IMG/VR virus record: IMGVR_UViG_3300013118_000260
Span: 1 to 33,626 of that record
DNA: 33,626 nt
Reading direction: 5' to 3' (one strand)
Source of the DNA: a virus
Lineage: Duplodnaviria; Caudoviricetes
Positions 24,435 through 33,548 of this stretch are shown here, one piece after another. The notes beneath the pieces were generated by a model. It saw only the letters and a program-made list of their open reading frames with translations. It was not told the DNA's origin and made no database searches. Each line of letters begins with the position of its first letter. Within the stretch, counting starts at the first letter, position 1. A program made the translations under genes and the position numbers.

Positions 24435-25331
24435 TTAGGCAGCTGCGTATTCGCCCCATAGGCCCAAGCCACTGGTAGCACCACGATCATAATCCGTCAC
24501 CACATCAAAGTGGATAGACTTATTACTATCTTGTGTCCACCGGCTCATTTTAGGTTTCATAAACCATACAAGTTTCATCCTGTGATCCGCTTTGTCACTC
24601 AGCAAATACCAACTGTTAATGTTATTCAGAAGATTGTTCTCAATCGGAATCAATCTGTTGAACATGAAGTTGCTGTCGTTGTTAGCGGAACCAGGGATCT
24701 GTGCGCTTTTAAGAATCGCATGTACTACTGACGCCTTGTTAGGATGAAACATGATATATTTCGGCTGGTTTCCACCAGGAGCAACATCATGTCTCAGAGT
24801 TGTGCTCATCAGATAGTATGCGTTATTAACCGCACTAATACTCAATGCACTTGCCGCACCAGGAATGTTATCGTAAGTACCGCCATAGAGGTTAATATGT
24901 GCGGTATCAAAAATGAACAATCCGTCTGGAGTGGTATAAGTATCATCTCCATCGTTGAACAATGCTGTGCAATCTTCATCAACAGTCTTCTTAACTGCCA
25001 TACCCAGCATTTTGGAACTTTGGGAAACAATTCCCAATCTCTGGTATTTCCAGGTTTGCCGGCCAACTACGATAGACAACCCTCTGCCAGTTGCCACATA
25101 CTGTTTCGTGCTACCGTATGTGAAATCAGCGGTCGGTACGTCTTCAAGTTCACCAATCTGCTGTAAATACCCTATGCCGCCAGCTTCCAGTTCTTCCCAA
25201 TAATAATCTGCGGAACTCTCCACATTCATAAACTTGTCATAAACTGGGCTGTAAGCCTTTGCTCCTTCTGCATAACCACGCTTGACGATCGGACTAAGCT
25301 CATCCGCAATGGTCGTTAGTGTTATAGCCAT
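24435..25331 (-). CDS. Major capsid protein (HK97 fold, Mu gpT-like family)
   Basis: 298 aa after the scaffold; TPDGLFIFDTAH, ALSISAV, PKYIMFHP, WYLL motifs. Confidence 0.8.
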   Translation of the reverse strand: MAITLTTIADELSPIVKRGYAEGAKAYSPVYDKFMNVESSADYYWEELEAGGIGYLQQIGELEDVPTADFTYGSTKQYVATGRGLSIVVGRQTWKYQRLGIVSQSSKMLGMAVKKTVDEDCTALFNDGDDTYTTPDGLFIFDTAHINLYGGTYDNIPGAASALSISAVNNAYYLMSTTLRHDVAPGGNQPKYIMFHPNKASVVHAILKSAQIPGSANNDSNFMFNRLIPIENNLLNNINSWYLLSDKADHRMKLVWFMKPKMSRWTQDSNKSIHFDVVTDYDRGATSGLGLWGEYAAA

Positions 25332-25349
25332 GAGTCATTCCTCCTTTAC

Positions 25350-25874
25350 TTAGACACTCGCTTGATCGCCAGCGAAGATAGATTCGTTAAATACAACAAC
25401 CATGTCAGTGTTACTTCCCCACGCATTATCAACAGCATCTACTCTGCCTAATACACGCAGTTGTAATCCTGAACCATAGTCACTGCTGTTAAGTTCCTGA
25501 ATGGATCTACCCCTAAATGTATCAGCAGCACCATCAACATGATTGGCTGTAGCACCAATATTTGCCAACGCATCTGTACCGTTACCCTGAACAATAAACC
25601 GTGTTCCAGGTAATGCAAGCGCTACATCAACAAATCCTGCTGTACTAGCAGCTAAAGACTTCTGCGCTACCATGCTAGAGTTATAACAATTCGTTACAAC
25701 GCCAACTACGGTCACACCGGCATTAGCAGCAGCACGGGCAACGTAACCGTCCCCATCCTGGTCAACGCAATCGCCAGGAGCGACTGTAAGTGCTTCATCG
25801 CCCTGAACCTCAAAGCGTTTAATCGTATACTTCTCGTTCTCCATAAGACTAAAACCATTTGGTCTGTCTGGCAT
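25350..25874 (-). CDS. Putative capsid decoration/cement protein
   Basis: PNGF start, GD-x-V, VVGV, F-x-VQ, LRVLG; immediately upstream of the capsid gene. Confidence 0.6.
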   Translation of the reverse strand: MPDRPNGFSLMENEKYTIKRFEVQGDEALTVAPGDCVDQDGDGYVARAAANAGVTVVGVVTNCYNSSMVAQKSLAASTAGFVDVALALPGTRFIVQGNGTDALANIGATANHVDGAADTFRGRSIQELNSSDYGSGLQLRVLGRVDAVDNAWGSNTDMVVVFNESIFAGDQASV

Positions 25875-25886
25875 TATAATCCTCCC

Positions 25887-26276
25887 TTACTTGGCCTTTT
25901 TCTGTTTCCTTACTTTGCGGATCGTTTGTTTGACCCCTCTCGCCTCGGGTACTGGTGTTAGATTCCGTTTCTCAGCTAACTCGGCCTTTTTTTGTTCTAT
26001 AGCGGCCCTCATTTTCTTCGGCATCTCAATCAACACCAAAGTTTCATAATACTGCTGTCTTACTATCGTACCGTCTTCTCTTCGTTTTCCGTACGGTGCT
26101 CTTACTTTAGGGTCAGTAGTTTTCTGAAACCCTTTCTTTATGACCCCTGCCATAGCGGTCTTGTCATTCTCCAGAGCCCATTCGTAGTATTTGTCTGGAT
26201 CTCCAATAACCTTTGACTGGTCTTCCCAGTGGTCTTCTATTTGTTCAATTTTTACTTCTACCTGTTCGTCTGCCAT
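25887..26276 (-). CDS. Head-module hypothetical protein
   Basis: Between scaffold and decoration genes; YEW...GF...LVLIEMP pattern. Confidence 0.55.
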   Translation of the reverse strand: MADEQVEVKIEQIEDHWEDQSKVIGDPDKYYEWALENDKTAMAGVIKKGFQKTTDPKVRAPYGKRREDGTIVRQQYYETLVLIEMPKKMRAAIEQKKAELAEKRNLTPVPEARGVKQTIRKVRKQKKAK

Positions 26277-26286
26277 AAATCCCCTC

Positions 26287-27078
26287 CTACATTAACCTCA
26301 TGTATTCTTCCTCAGTCATGTTGGCTTTACGAGCCAAATCCCTCTGCCTTTGTGTTAGTGTTTTCGTCTTCGTACTAGCAGCACTACCTGAAGGGCTACT
26401 AGCGAGTTTCGCTGTTGGTACAGTCTTCTTAGATTTCTCTGCTTTTGCTCTCCAATACAAAGCTTCAAAGCCAGCTCTACTGTTCATGTCAAAATTAGAT
26501 CGGTCATTAGCACTCATGTTGTCCCATAACTCAGCCATGTCTTTTTTGAGTGTTTTAAAATCTGTGTGTTTATCAGAAAACTCTTTGCGTATCCGTGCCG
26601 CTTCATAATTACGCACATTAGACGCTTTACGCATTTCCTTCATAACCTCAGCAGTAAGCTCGTTACGGCGTTGGTACATCATGTAATCAACCGCCTGCTG
26701 TATTGTCTGAAGCGGATTATTTGCCAGATCGTTAAGGAACTTCTTATTCGCCTCATCCATGCTCAACTGCTGTTGTGGCGGTTGCGCTGGCGGCTGTTCC
26801 TTCTCCGGTTCTGGCGGTAACTCCTCTTCTGGTTCCTCTTCTTTCGGCTCTTCCGGTTTTGGCGGTAGAGGTACTTCTTCTTTCTTCTCCTCCGCCATAT
26901 CTTCTGGAAACAAATCGTTTAAATCGCCTACAGAATCCAAATCGTCTATTTCTGGTTCAGGGGATTTCGGTTTCTCTTCTTCTTGGGCTGGATCTGGTAG
27001 TTTAGCCCCTTCATCAAAAACATCCACTTCAAGTGGCTCTTCTTTCACGTTTTGTTTTTCTATCGCTTCAGGACTCAT
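26287..27078 (-). CDS. Capsid scaffolding protein
   Basis: Acidic Pro/Glu-rich N-terminus, helical middle, C-terminal LTQRQRDLARKANMTEEEY helix-turn-helix. Confidence 0.75.
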   Translation of the reverse strand: MSPEAIEKQNVKEEPLEVDVFDEGAKLPDPAQEEEKPKSPEPEIDDLDSVGDLNDLFPEDMAEEKKEEVPLPPKPEEPKEEEPEEELPPEPEKEQPPAQPPQQQLSMDEANKKFLNDLANNPLQTIQQAVDYMMYQRRNELTAEVMKEMRKASNVRNYEAARIRKEFSDKHTDFKTLKKDMAELWDNMSANDRSNFDMNSRAGFEALYWRAKAEKSKKTVPTAKLASSPSGSAASTKTKTLTQRQRDLARKANMTEEEYMRLM

Positions 27079-27327
27079 TTAATCCTCCTTGTAACTCTGA
27101 TTTAGTTGTTTTTTTAAGTCTTCAATCTCTTTTGTTAATGGTCTGCGTTGATAGCCCGTATAGTTAACGTTATAGTTCATGGGTACTCCGTGTTTACAGT
27201 TGATAGTTATATTTCCCGTAAACCCTGTTTCCCACAGGTGAACCATTTTATCCGCCATTTCAGCACGGGCTGCTTTCTCCTTTTCAGATAATTTCGTCTT
27301 CAAGGTCTCTTTCTTTGTTTCGTCCAT
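27079..27327 (-). CDS. Hypothetical protein
   Basis: Start reassigned to MDETKKE (SD GGAGGGG); FTGNITINCKHG. Confidence 0.55.
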   Translation of the reverse strand: MDETKKETLKTKLSEKEKAARAEMADKMVHLWETGFTGNITINCKHGVPMNYNVNYTGYQRRPLTKEIEDLKKQLNQSYKED

Positions 27328-27649
27328 GCTTCCCCTCCAGTTTTTGTAGTTTTTCTCCTGCTCTATCAAACGTCTTCAGTATGTGTTCGTATGTTTCTAC
27401 TTTCGATTGCAATTTAAGATAGTCACCCCAACTAGGCTGGTACGCAAATTCACTCCATGCTTGCAAATAACCTCGTATCAGAATGTCTTCGTATACCTCC
27501 CAATCAGCGTGTTTCCCTAATCTCAATAATGCAGCGAACTCTTTTTGGATCTCTCTTAGTCTTTGTTCTGGCGGTAACTTGTCCTTCTTGGTTTTAGTTA
27601 GTTTTCCTTGTAGGTATTCCAAGAACCTATCTGAATATTTGTGAAACAT
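27284..27649 (-). CDS. Hypothetical helical protein downstream of the portal
   Basis: SD GGAGG; positional equivalent of small post-portal proteins. Confidence 0.6.
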   Translation of the reverse strand: MFHKYSDRFLEYLQGKLTKTKKDKLPPEQRLREIQKEFAALLRLGKHADWEVYEDILIRGYLQAWSEFAYQPSWGDYLKLQSKVETYEHILKTFDRAGEKLQKLEGKHGRNKERDLEDEII

Positions 27650-27657
27650 TTACCCTC

Positions 27658-29520
27658 CTATCTTGGTAGTGGTGAAGGTGTTTGAAACGATCTCCTTGCC
27701 TGTTGCTGGCTCGGTATTGGTGATTCGCCACCGGCTCTAGGTTGTAGTGCAGCTTCAGGATTGTTTATCATCCCTAAATCAGGCGGTTGTGCCCCAGGCG
27801 ATTGTTGTTGTTGTGCAGGAAACACAATGTCAAATCCAGGTAATCCAAACGTTTCCCAAAACATCTTCGCTAGGTGTCTGCGACCTTGGTAATTCTGCTG
27901 TACTTCAGGGAACGCCAGGAACGTACCTAGCATTGCCTGTACAGCCTGCTGTTTCATTTCCCTAGCGGCATTAAGAATATTTATATTAACGTCTACTCTG
28001 AGCCCACCGGCATCAAGAGCGTACTTAAAGAGGAGATTAAATATCTGGTTCAGTTTCGGTTTAAGTGTTTCTAGCATGTACTGAATAATTAAATTACCCT
28101 GCCCGATAACCGTTGCTATACCACGATAGGTTCGGTGTTTGAGGACATTGCTCTGACTAGGCATGGTTTGGTCTAGAAGTCCCGAGAAAGATTGTCGATA
28201 GGCATTGAGCATTTGTTCCTGAGCTACTGAGCTTTGGCTCATCTCAGGCGGTTTAAGCAGGGTAATATCGTTTTCTCCCTGGCGAGGTATCATTACACCA
28301 GGAGCAAGTACCTGTTCGTCAGGATCAAACCCACTACCTTCCCTGAACGTACCCATCATACCGTTCTGAAGAGTAATATTATTAATCCTGCCATTAACAA
28401 AACTATTTACTGCATCGTGTATTGAAGTTATATAATGCACATAACTACGGGTATTAACTAAAAGTTTAGTTTCAGTGTCAAAAGAATGGATTTGAATTGG
28501 GCGTTCAATATCCGAAAACTCCTGACACCGAAACACTGTCTTTGTACGACGGTCAATTTCAACGATACACAACTCATCAAATCCGTCATTGTTAATATCG
28601 TAGTAACAGTAACATTCCCAAACCTCTAGTTTTGCCCGTTGTTTAGATATATCCCCCACGTTGGAGGTATCAAGTGTGGTTAATCTATTTTGCTCAATCG
28701 CAAAATCGTCTTTAACGTAACCACCCTTGTTATAGTGAAGTTCAACTTTCTCATAAGCATCTTTATCGTAATATTCAGCTTTAACAGCACGTTTAACATC
28801 ATCTAAACTCATAAATTTACGATAAGTAATAAATTCTGCCTTTTCTTGTTCACGCTCTTCTGTATCTTCAGGGAAGATAATTTCATCTAAAGTTAAATAC
28901 TTTACGCTCGTACCCTCGTTAATCTTGTGGAACGTTAACCCTATCTCGGTATCAGCGGTAAACCCAGCTATGTCTTCTTCCGTGTACTGTTCGTTAATTA
29001 TCTTCTGGTACTTCTCTGTATATTCTTCGTCCATAACCCATTCGGTGTATGTACGGTATTCTTTAACTGGCCTGTATCCCTTCTCCTTAACCACTCTAAT
29101 TCCCACTATCCCGTCAATCAGGTATGTGTGAAAATAGTCCGAAAGGAAATTGGGGATATCCAACTTAGTATGCGCCAGCTTTGTGAATTGTTTCTCTAAC
29201 TTGTTCTTAAACTCATAATCTAGTTGGTCGCTATCAATCACAACCAGGGGAGTTGAAGCAACGATTATGTTGGTAAACCTTGCCACATAAGCACGCACAT
29301 CTGTCATTGAGGTAGGGATATTGAGATTGGAAGCATTGGGATAAGGAAACGTTACATTCCCTAAATCTTTGTCATAAACCTTCTCACGGTTGTCTTTAAT
29401 ATCGTCTTCTAACTCTTTACGGCTGGCACTAGTCAGGGCAATCTCGTTCGCACTCCATACTTTACGAGCAATATCCATTAAATCTTCTTTGTCTAACTTA
29501 GAATAAATCGGTTTTGTCAT
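27658..29520 (-). CDS. Portal protein (P22-like size)
   Basis: 620 aa between terL and scaffold; FPYPNASNL, EVWECY..YDINNDGFDE, INNITL, TYRGI, Gln/Pro-rich tail. Confidence 0.85.
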   Translation of the reverse strand: MTKPIYSKLDKEDLMDIARKVWSANEIALTSASRKELEDDIKDNREKVYDKDLGNVTFPYPNASNLNIPTSMTDVRAYVARFTNIIVASTPLVVIDSDQLDYEFKNKLEKQFTKLAHTKLDIPNFLSDYFHTYLIDGIVGIRVVKEKGYRPVKEYRTYTEWVMDEEYTEKYQKIINEQYTEEDIAGFTADTEIGLTFHKINEGTSVKYLTLDEIIFPEDTEEREQEKAEFITYRKFMSLDDVKRAVKAEYYDKDAYEKVELHYNKGGYVKDDFAIEQNRLTTLDTSNVGDISKQRAKLEVWECYCYYDINNDGFDELCIVEIDRRTKTVFRCQEFSDIERPIQIHSFDTETKLLVNTRSYVHYITSIHDAVNSFVNGRINNITLQNGMMGTFREGSGFDPDEQVLAPGVMIPRQGENDITLLKPPEMSQSSVAQEQMLNAYRQSFSGLLDQTMPSQSNVLKHRTYRGIATVIGQGNLIIQYMLETLKPKLNQIFNLLFKYALDAGGLRVDVNINILNAAREMKQQAVQAMLGTFLAFPEVQQNYQGRRHLAKMFWETFGLPGFDIVFPAQQQQSPGAQPPDLGMINNPEAALQPRAGGESPIPSQQQARRSFQTPSPLPR

Positions 29521-29695
29521 TATCCACTACTCCTTGGGGTTGTGCGGAACCTTTATCCTCCATGTATTGCCTGGCATTGAATTTTTTTAAGTTTGTATAA
29601 GCTTCATTCACCGTATCAAACACCCTCATACGCTGACCAAACTCATTCATGATTGCGTATTTACCATCACCGTTTGGTACGACTGTAAAGTGCAT
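29498..29695 (-). CDS. Hypothetical protein (65 aa)
   Basis: Fills the operon gap and overlaps the portal start. Confidence 0.5.
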   Translation of the reverse strand: MHFTVVPNGDGKYAIMNEFGQRMRVFDTVNEAYTNLKKFNARQYMEDKGSAQPQGVVDNDKTDLF

Positions 29696-29704
29696 TAGAA
29701 TCCC

Positions 29705-30541
29705 CTAAAGATATCCTGGTATTTTCCACCCAAGCGGAGTACTGTATCCACCACCGTATCCACCTCTATTTAAAGCCATAATGTTATTACGAATATCTAA
29801 AGAAGTATTTCCAGGATTAGGCCCCAAATTACCGCCACCATACGGGCTGCTTCCACCACCATACGGGCTGGCATAACTACCATACGGATTACTTGACCCA
29901 TACCGATAACCGCTACTGGGATATTGAGTGAACATATACGGATCCTGTTGCCGTGCATTATATAAACGTCCCCATAACTGCATTGGATTACCTTGATATA
30001 GTTTCGCTAACGCACTACGCCAAATCGGGCCGAAGGATGAATATATACCGCCACCAGCACGTTGGCCTTGAGTTCCTTGCTGTAACTCAGCTGTACTAGG
30101 TTGTCTGCCGCTAGTAGTAGTGCCTCCACCATACGGTGAGGTATATCCACCGCCATATAATGACGACCAAGGGATTGAATATCGTTGGTAAGGACTAGTT
30201 CTGTAAGGGTTGCTATAGCCGTAAGGATTGCTAGACGAAGAATACGGTGGAAACACATTCTTCCATATAGCCTTTTGAAAATCAGCAACGTTTATAAACC
30301 GATTACCAAATTGAAGCTGTGGAATCAGGTTCCCTTCAGCATCAGTAGTATAGCTAACCCCAGGAACCTTAAAACCTGTAGTAGGAGTAGTATTTGTTGG
30401 CGTAGTAGTAATAAAAGGAGTAACTGTCTCGTTACCAGGAGTGAATCTTAAAGTACCTACGTCACCGCCACCCTGTAACCGCCGTATCTGTTCTTGTCGC
30501 CCTTGCTCGTATATGTTTCGATTAGCTATTCTTACTGCCAT
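29705..30541 (-). CDS. Gly/Tyr/Ser/Pro low-complexity protein (278 aa)
   Basis: SD AGGAGG; repeated [SND]PY(GGG) motifs. Confidence 0.7.
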   Translation of the reverse strand: MAVRIANRNIYEQGRQEQIRRLQGGGDVGTLRFTPGNETVTPFITTTPTNTTPTTGFKVPGVSYTTDAEGNLIPQLQFGNRFINVADFQKAIWKNVFPPYSSSSNPYGYSNPYRTSPYQRYSIPWSSLYGGGYTSPYGGGTTTSGRQPSTAELQQGTQGQRAGGGIYSSFGPIWRSALAKLYQGNPMQLWGRLYNARQQDPYMFTQYPSSGYRYGSSNPYGSYASPYGGGSSPYGGGNLGPNPGNTSLDIRNNIMALNRGGYGGGYSTPLGWKIPGYL

Positions 30542-30544
30542 AAA

Positions 30545-30709
30545 CTACCTCCTGGTTTTCTTCTTAACCCCTAAAATATCGCTTATGCTTGGTTTCTTTA
30601 GATCCTCTATCTTCCGTAAAGTCCCGAATACAAATGCCTTTGCACGATCTCCTTTTAATCCCTTTTTCCGTGCAGCTTTAACCAAAGATTTATGTGCGCT
30701 ATGCGGCAT
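30545..30709 (-). CDS. Small basic protein (54 aa)
   Basis: Hand translation MPHSAHKSLVKAARKKGLKGDRAKAFVFGTLRKIEDLKKPSISDILGVKKKTRR; exactly fills the gap after terL. Confidence 0.7.
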   Translation of the reverse strand: MPHSAHKSLVKAARKKGLKGDRAKAFVFGTLRKIEDLKKPSISDILGVKKKTRR

Positions 30710-30710
30710 A

Positions 30711-32399
30711 TTATCCTGCCCTCACTCCAGCTCTCTCCATAGGCGTGAGGTTCTTTCTCCTACGTTCAAGCCGCTCTTTGTAACTCCTGCCAGTCCCGAA
30801 CTTCTTGTTCCTGTACGGGCTTCGCCTAACTGGGATACGCTTGCCGATTACGCACGCTATACATACACTCACGACTAGATCGTCTTTCTCCCCGATAGGT
30901 GCCCCTGCCCGACCCCTCTCGTCATAACGATACATGAGCATTTGCTTGACCGTTTCACGGTGGTTTACCTTCAACCTCCGCTCCCGTAAAGCCGTATTCG
31001 TTGAAACGATCATTTCACTCTTGGTTATGCTCGTCATTTCCCAGCCGATCTTCTGCGTAACTATCCGCTGGATACCATCGTAACGCTCGCTCATATACAG
31101 GTTCGGATAATGCAACCGGTACAACAACTCTTCTGCTATGATTATTCCGCTACTGTTCCTCTCAGGTGCCAGTAACGCATTATTGTAAAAACTCCCTAAA
31201 TGAAATATCGAGTACACATACTCTTCCGGTGGATACCGTCCGTGAATAACAGCTACCTGCTCAAAACTGTCCAAATCTAAGACAGTAGCAGCACAAAAAT
31301 CACTCTTGGCGGTAGCACATTCAGCTGAATCTACCCCGATAACATACCTTCTACCCTCTTCAGGAAACCGCCAGATCTGTAGGTCCCCGTGTGAATCACT
31401 CCTAAACTCAATAAACTCACCCGTATCAACCAAACTACCACGGTCTTTAGGCTCTTCAGGACACTTAGTAAACACATCGTTTAAGGTAGCGGTATGGAAT
31501 ACAGGACGGCCACTTTCGATGAACGCCTCTTCAGGATTTGACGGGAAATTCTCGTGCATAGCTACTTCATCACCGCCAAACTTGTCCTTTAACGTCCGCC
31601 TGTACCAGTAAATCTGCTCGTCACTTAAAGAGTAGCGCTCCTTCATAACACGTTCGTCTTTACTCAAATAAATCCCTTTCTTAGGTAACTTACGTTTGTA
31701 CACAGGATGGTCGTGCCAAGCGAAAAATAACGGTGTGTAGTATCCCGTACCACTCGCCTCTTTCTCACGACTCTGTAACCAATACTTGTGAAACAGGTTC
31801 CCACTGCCCCAGGCAGTACTCTCTAACACCACCATACTCTCAGGATCGTTGTCAGGAATAGTCGGCATAATCCCGTTCATGAACCCTTCCGCATCCTGAT
31901 ACCGTGCAAACTCAGATAGGTGCAGCATACTAAACCCACCGGCTACCCCTACTCCACTACCTTCAGCTGAAGCAACAAAGATACTGCTCCCCAACCCGTC
32001 CATTACAAGCTCTTTCCTACTCGAATACTTTAACTTAGGCCGGATACTCTCAGGTAATAAATCAAAATAACGCTTCGCCATATTGTACAAATAACCTACA
32101 CTGTCCTGCTTGTGCGCTACCAAAACCTCATGTACTACCTTCCCCTCTGCAATACTGCGTAACCATTGGCAGAACATAACTGCTTGGATTAACGTACTTA
32201 ACCCCTCACGGCGTGCCTTTAATATAATTAACCGTATGGGCTTCTTGGCCTTCCTCAACTCAACTATCTTGTCGTAGACCTTACGCTGGATAGGATTCAA
32301 TACCAAGGGCATGATCTTACCGTCTGTACCACGGATCTTTAAATATCCCTCAATAAACCGTAACTCGTCAGTAAACAATAAGTTAACTAACTTCCCCAT
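30711..32399 (-). CDS. terL: Terminase large subunit
   Basis: LNPIQ, Walker A ILKARREGLST, Walker B LHLSEFA, coupling motif EST, nuclease YVIGVD and DDLV. Confidence 0.95.
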   Translation of the reverse strand: MGKLVNLLFTDELRFIEGYLKIRGTDGKIMPLVLNPIQRKVYDKIVELRKAKKPIRLIILKARREGLSTLIQAVMFCQWLRSIAEGKVVHEVLVAHKQDSVGYLYNMAKRYFDLLPESIRPKLKYSSRKELVMDGLGSSIFVASAEGSGVGVAGGFSMLHLSEFARYQDAEGFMNGIMPTIPDNDPESMVVLESTAWGSGNLFHKYWLQSREKEASGTGYYTPLFFAWHDHPVYKRKLPKKGIYLSKDERVMKERYSLSDEQIYWYRRTLKDKFGGDEVAMHENFPSNPEEAFIESGRPVFHTATLNDVFTKCPEEPKDRGSLVDTGEFIEFRSDSHGDLQIWRFPEEGRRYVIGVDSAECATAKSDFCAATVLDLDSFEQVAVIHGRYPPEEYVYSIFHLGSFYNNALLAPERNSSGIIIAEELLYRLHYPNLYMSERYDGIQRIVTQKIGWEMTSITKSEMIVSTNTALRERRLKVNHRETVKQMLMYRYDERGRAGAPIGEKDDLVVSVCIACVIGKRIPVRRSPYRNKKFGTGRSYKERLERRRKNLTPMERAGVRAG

Positions 32400-32697
32400 C
32401 CACCACTCCCTTCTTGTTCTTGTACTCTAACCACTCGTTCACTACCTCGTCCCGACCACTCCGTACCTTAGAAGCTAATACCTTGGCAGCCTCAGCACTT
32501 AAATGATCCACTACCGTGTACCGTACGTCCTTCTTACTCACCATGACACCAGCTAATAAATCACGGTGCGCACTCTTCATAACGTCATTGCAATACAAAA
32601 TAGTCGTCTGTAACAAATCAGCTGGCGTTACACTGTGCTTGTTCGCATACTCCTGTGCGTCCGCTTGCACCTTCCCAAAATCAGCCGCCTTACCCAT
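32383..32697 (-). CDS. Putative terminase small subunit
   Basis: 104 aa immediately upstream of and overlapping terL; SD AAGGAGG; positional call only. Confidence 0.55.
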   Translation of the reverse strand: MGKAADFGKVQADAQEYANKHSVTPADLLQTTILYCNDVMKSAHRDLLAGVMVSKKDVRYTVVDHLSAEAAKVLASKVRSGRDEVVNEWLEYKNKKGVVDGEVS

Positions 32698-32741
32698 AAT
32701 CTACACCCCTCCTTAAATTAACTAAGCCTCCATATTAAGTA

Positions 32742-32758
32742 AAAAGTGTTGCACTTTT
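32742..32758. promoter_or_regulatory. Operator-like palindrome upstream of the late operon
   Basis: AAAAGTG-TTG-CACTTTT, a perfect 7-bp inverted repeat 45 bp before the terS start. Confidence 0.4.
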
Positions 32759-32939
32759 AGGGCCTAAATCATTCCAATACAACATTCTAAGTGTCTCACT
32801 TTTGATCGTAAGTGTCTGCAATGCAATAGGCATTTTCCGAAAAACGCACACCTGAGAAATTTATTTCGCAAATTATTTTTCACGAAAAAACGTAACTACT
32901 TGCAAATCAATGCTAAAAAAAATAAAAAAAATGAAGTTT

Positions 32940-32980
32940 TTTTTGGTAGTGCGCAACTAACAAGCAATATCTACCAAAAA
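32940..32980. repeat. 10-bp inverted repeat
   Basis: TTTTTGGTAG-N21-CTACCAAAAA. Confidence 0.5.
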
Positions 32981-33234
32981 CTAGGTGTGAAAAAAGATGT
33001 AAAACCAGAGTATGAAGAAAGTAACCAATCAAGAGTATGTGTGTGGAAAGAGAAACAACTGTATCAAGAGTGTGTGTAGTGAGAGATAAGAGATTTCTTT
33101 AAGGGCGTAATATATATATACCCCCAGGGGGGTGCGTCCCCTATACCCTGCCTTCATGCGTGTATATATAATTAAATAAAATTAATGCGTGTGCATGGGT
33201 GTATAATAAAAAATAAGAGCTTGAAAATGTGGTG

Positions 33235-33262
33235 AGTTAACACTTCGTTAATTATGCGACGT
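33235..33262 (-). other. dif-like XerC/XerD recombination site with a degenerate XerD arm
   Basis: Minus strand ACGTCGCATAA-TTAACG-AAGTGTTAACT against E. coli dif GGTGCGCATAA-TGTATA-TTATGTTAAAT; 11-6-11 geometry. Confidence 0.5.
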
Positions 33263-33388
33263 TGCTATACACTCTAACTGCAAGCAATTCAACACAGTAT
33301 ATCTTTAGCCTGTTATGTCAATAGCATTTCAAGACGAAACTATTCCATTTCACATTCCCAAAACCATTTTTTTTATTTAATAATATAC

Positions 33389-33492
33389 TTTACATTCCCT
33401 CACTTTCAAGAGAGGTATTACGTATGTAATGACATATTACGTTAGTTGTAAGATTATTTTACATTCCCGTACTTTCAAGCGAGGTATTACGT
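33389..33492. repeat. Two 35-bp direct repeats (32/35 identical) separated by 34 bp
   Basis: TTTACATTCCCtcACTTTCAAGaGAGGTATTACGT (33389-33423) and TTTACATTCCCgtACTTTCAAGcGAGGTATTACGT (33458-33492). Confidence 0.8.
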
Positions 33493-33548
33493 TCATGGTA
33501 TTAGTTTGCGTACGTTCTTAATTATAGTTACTAATCATAATAATTAGA

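Noticed and set aside
32765-32915. Degenerate TAA-N4-TG-N5-CAA palindromic repeat family (32765, 32809, 32893)
   Set aside because: The copies are too divergent to distinguish from AT-rich background by eye.
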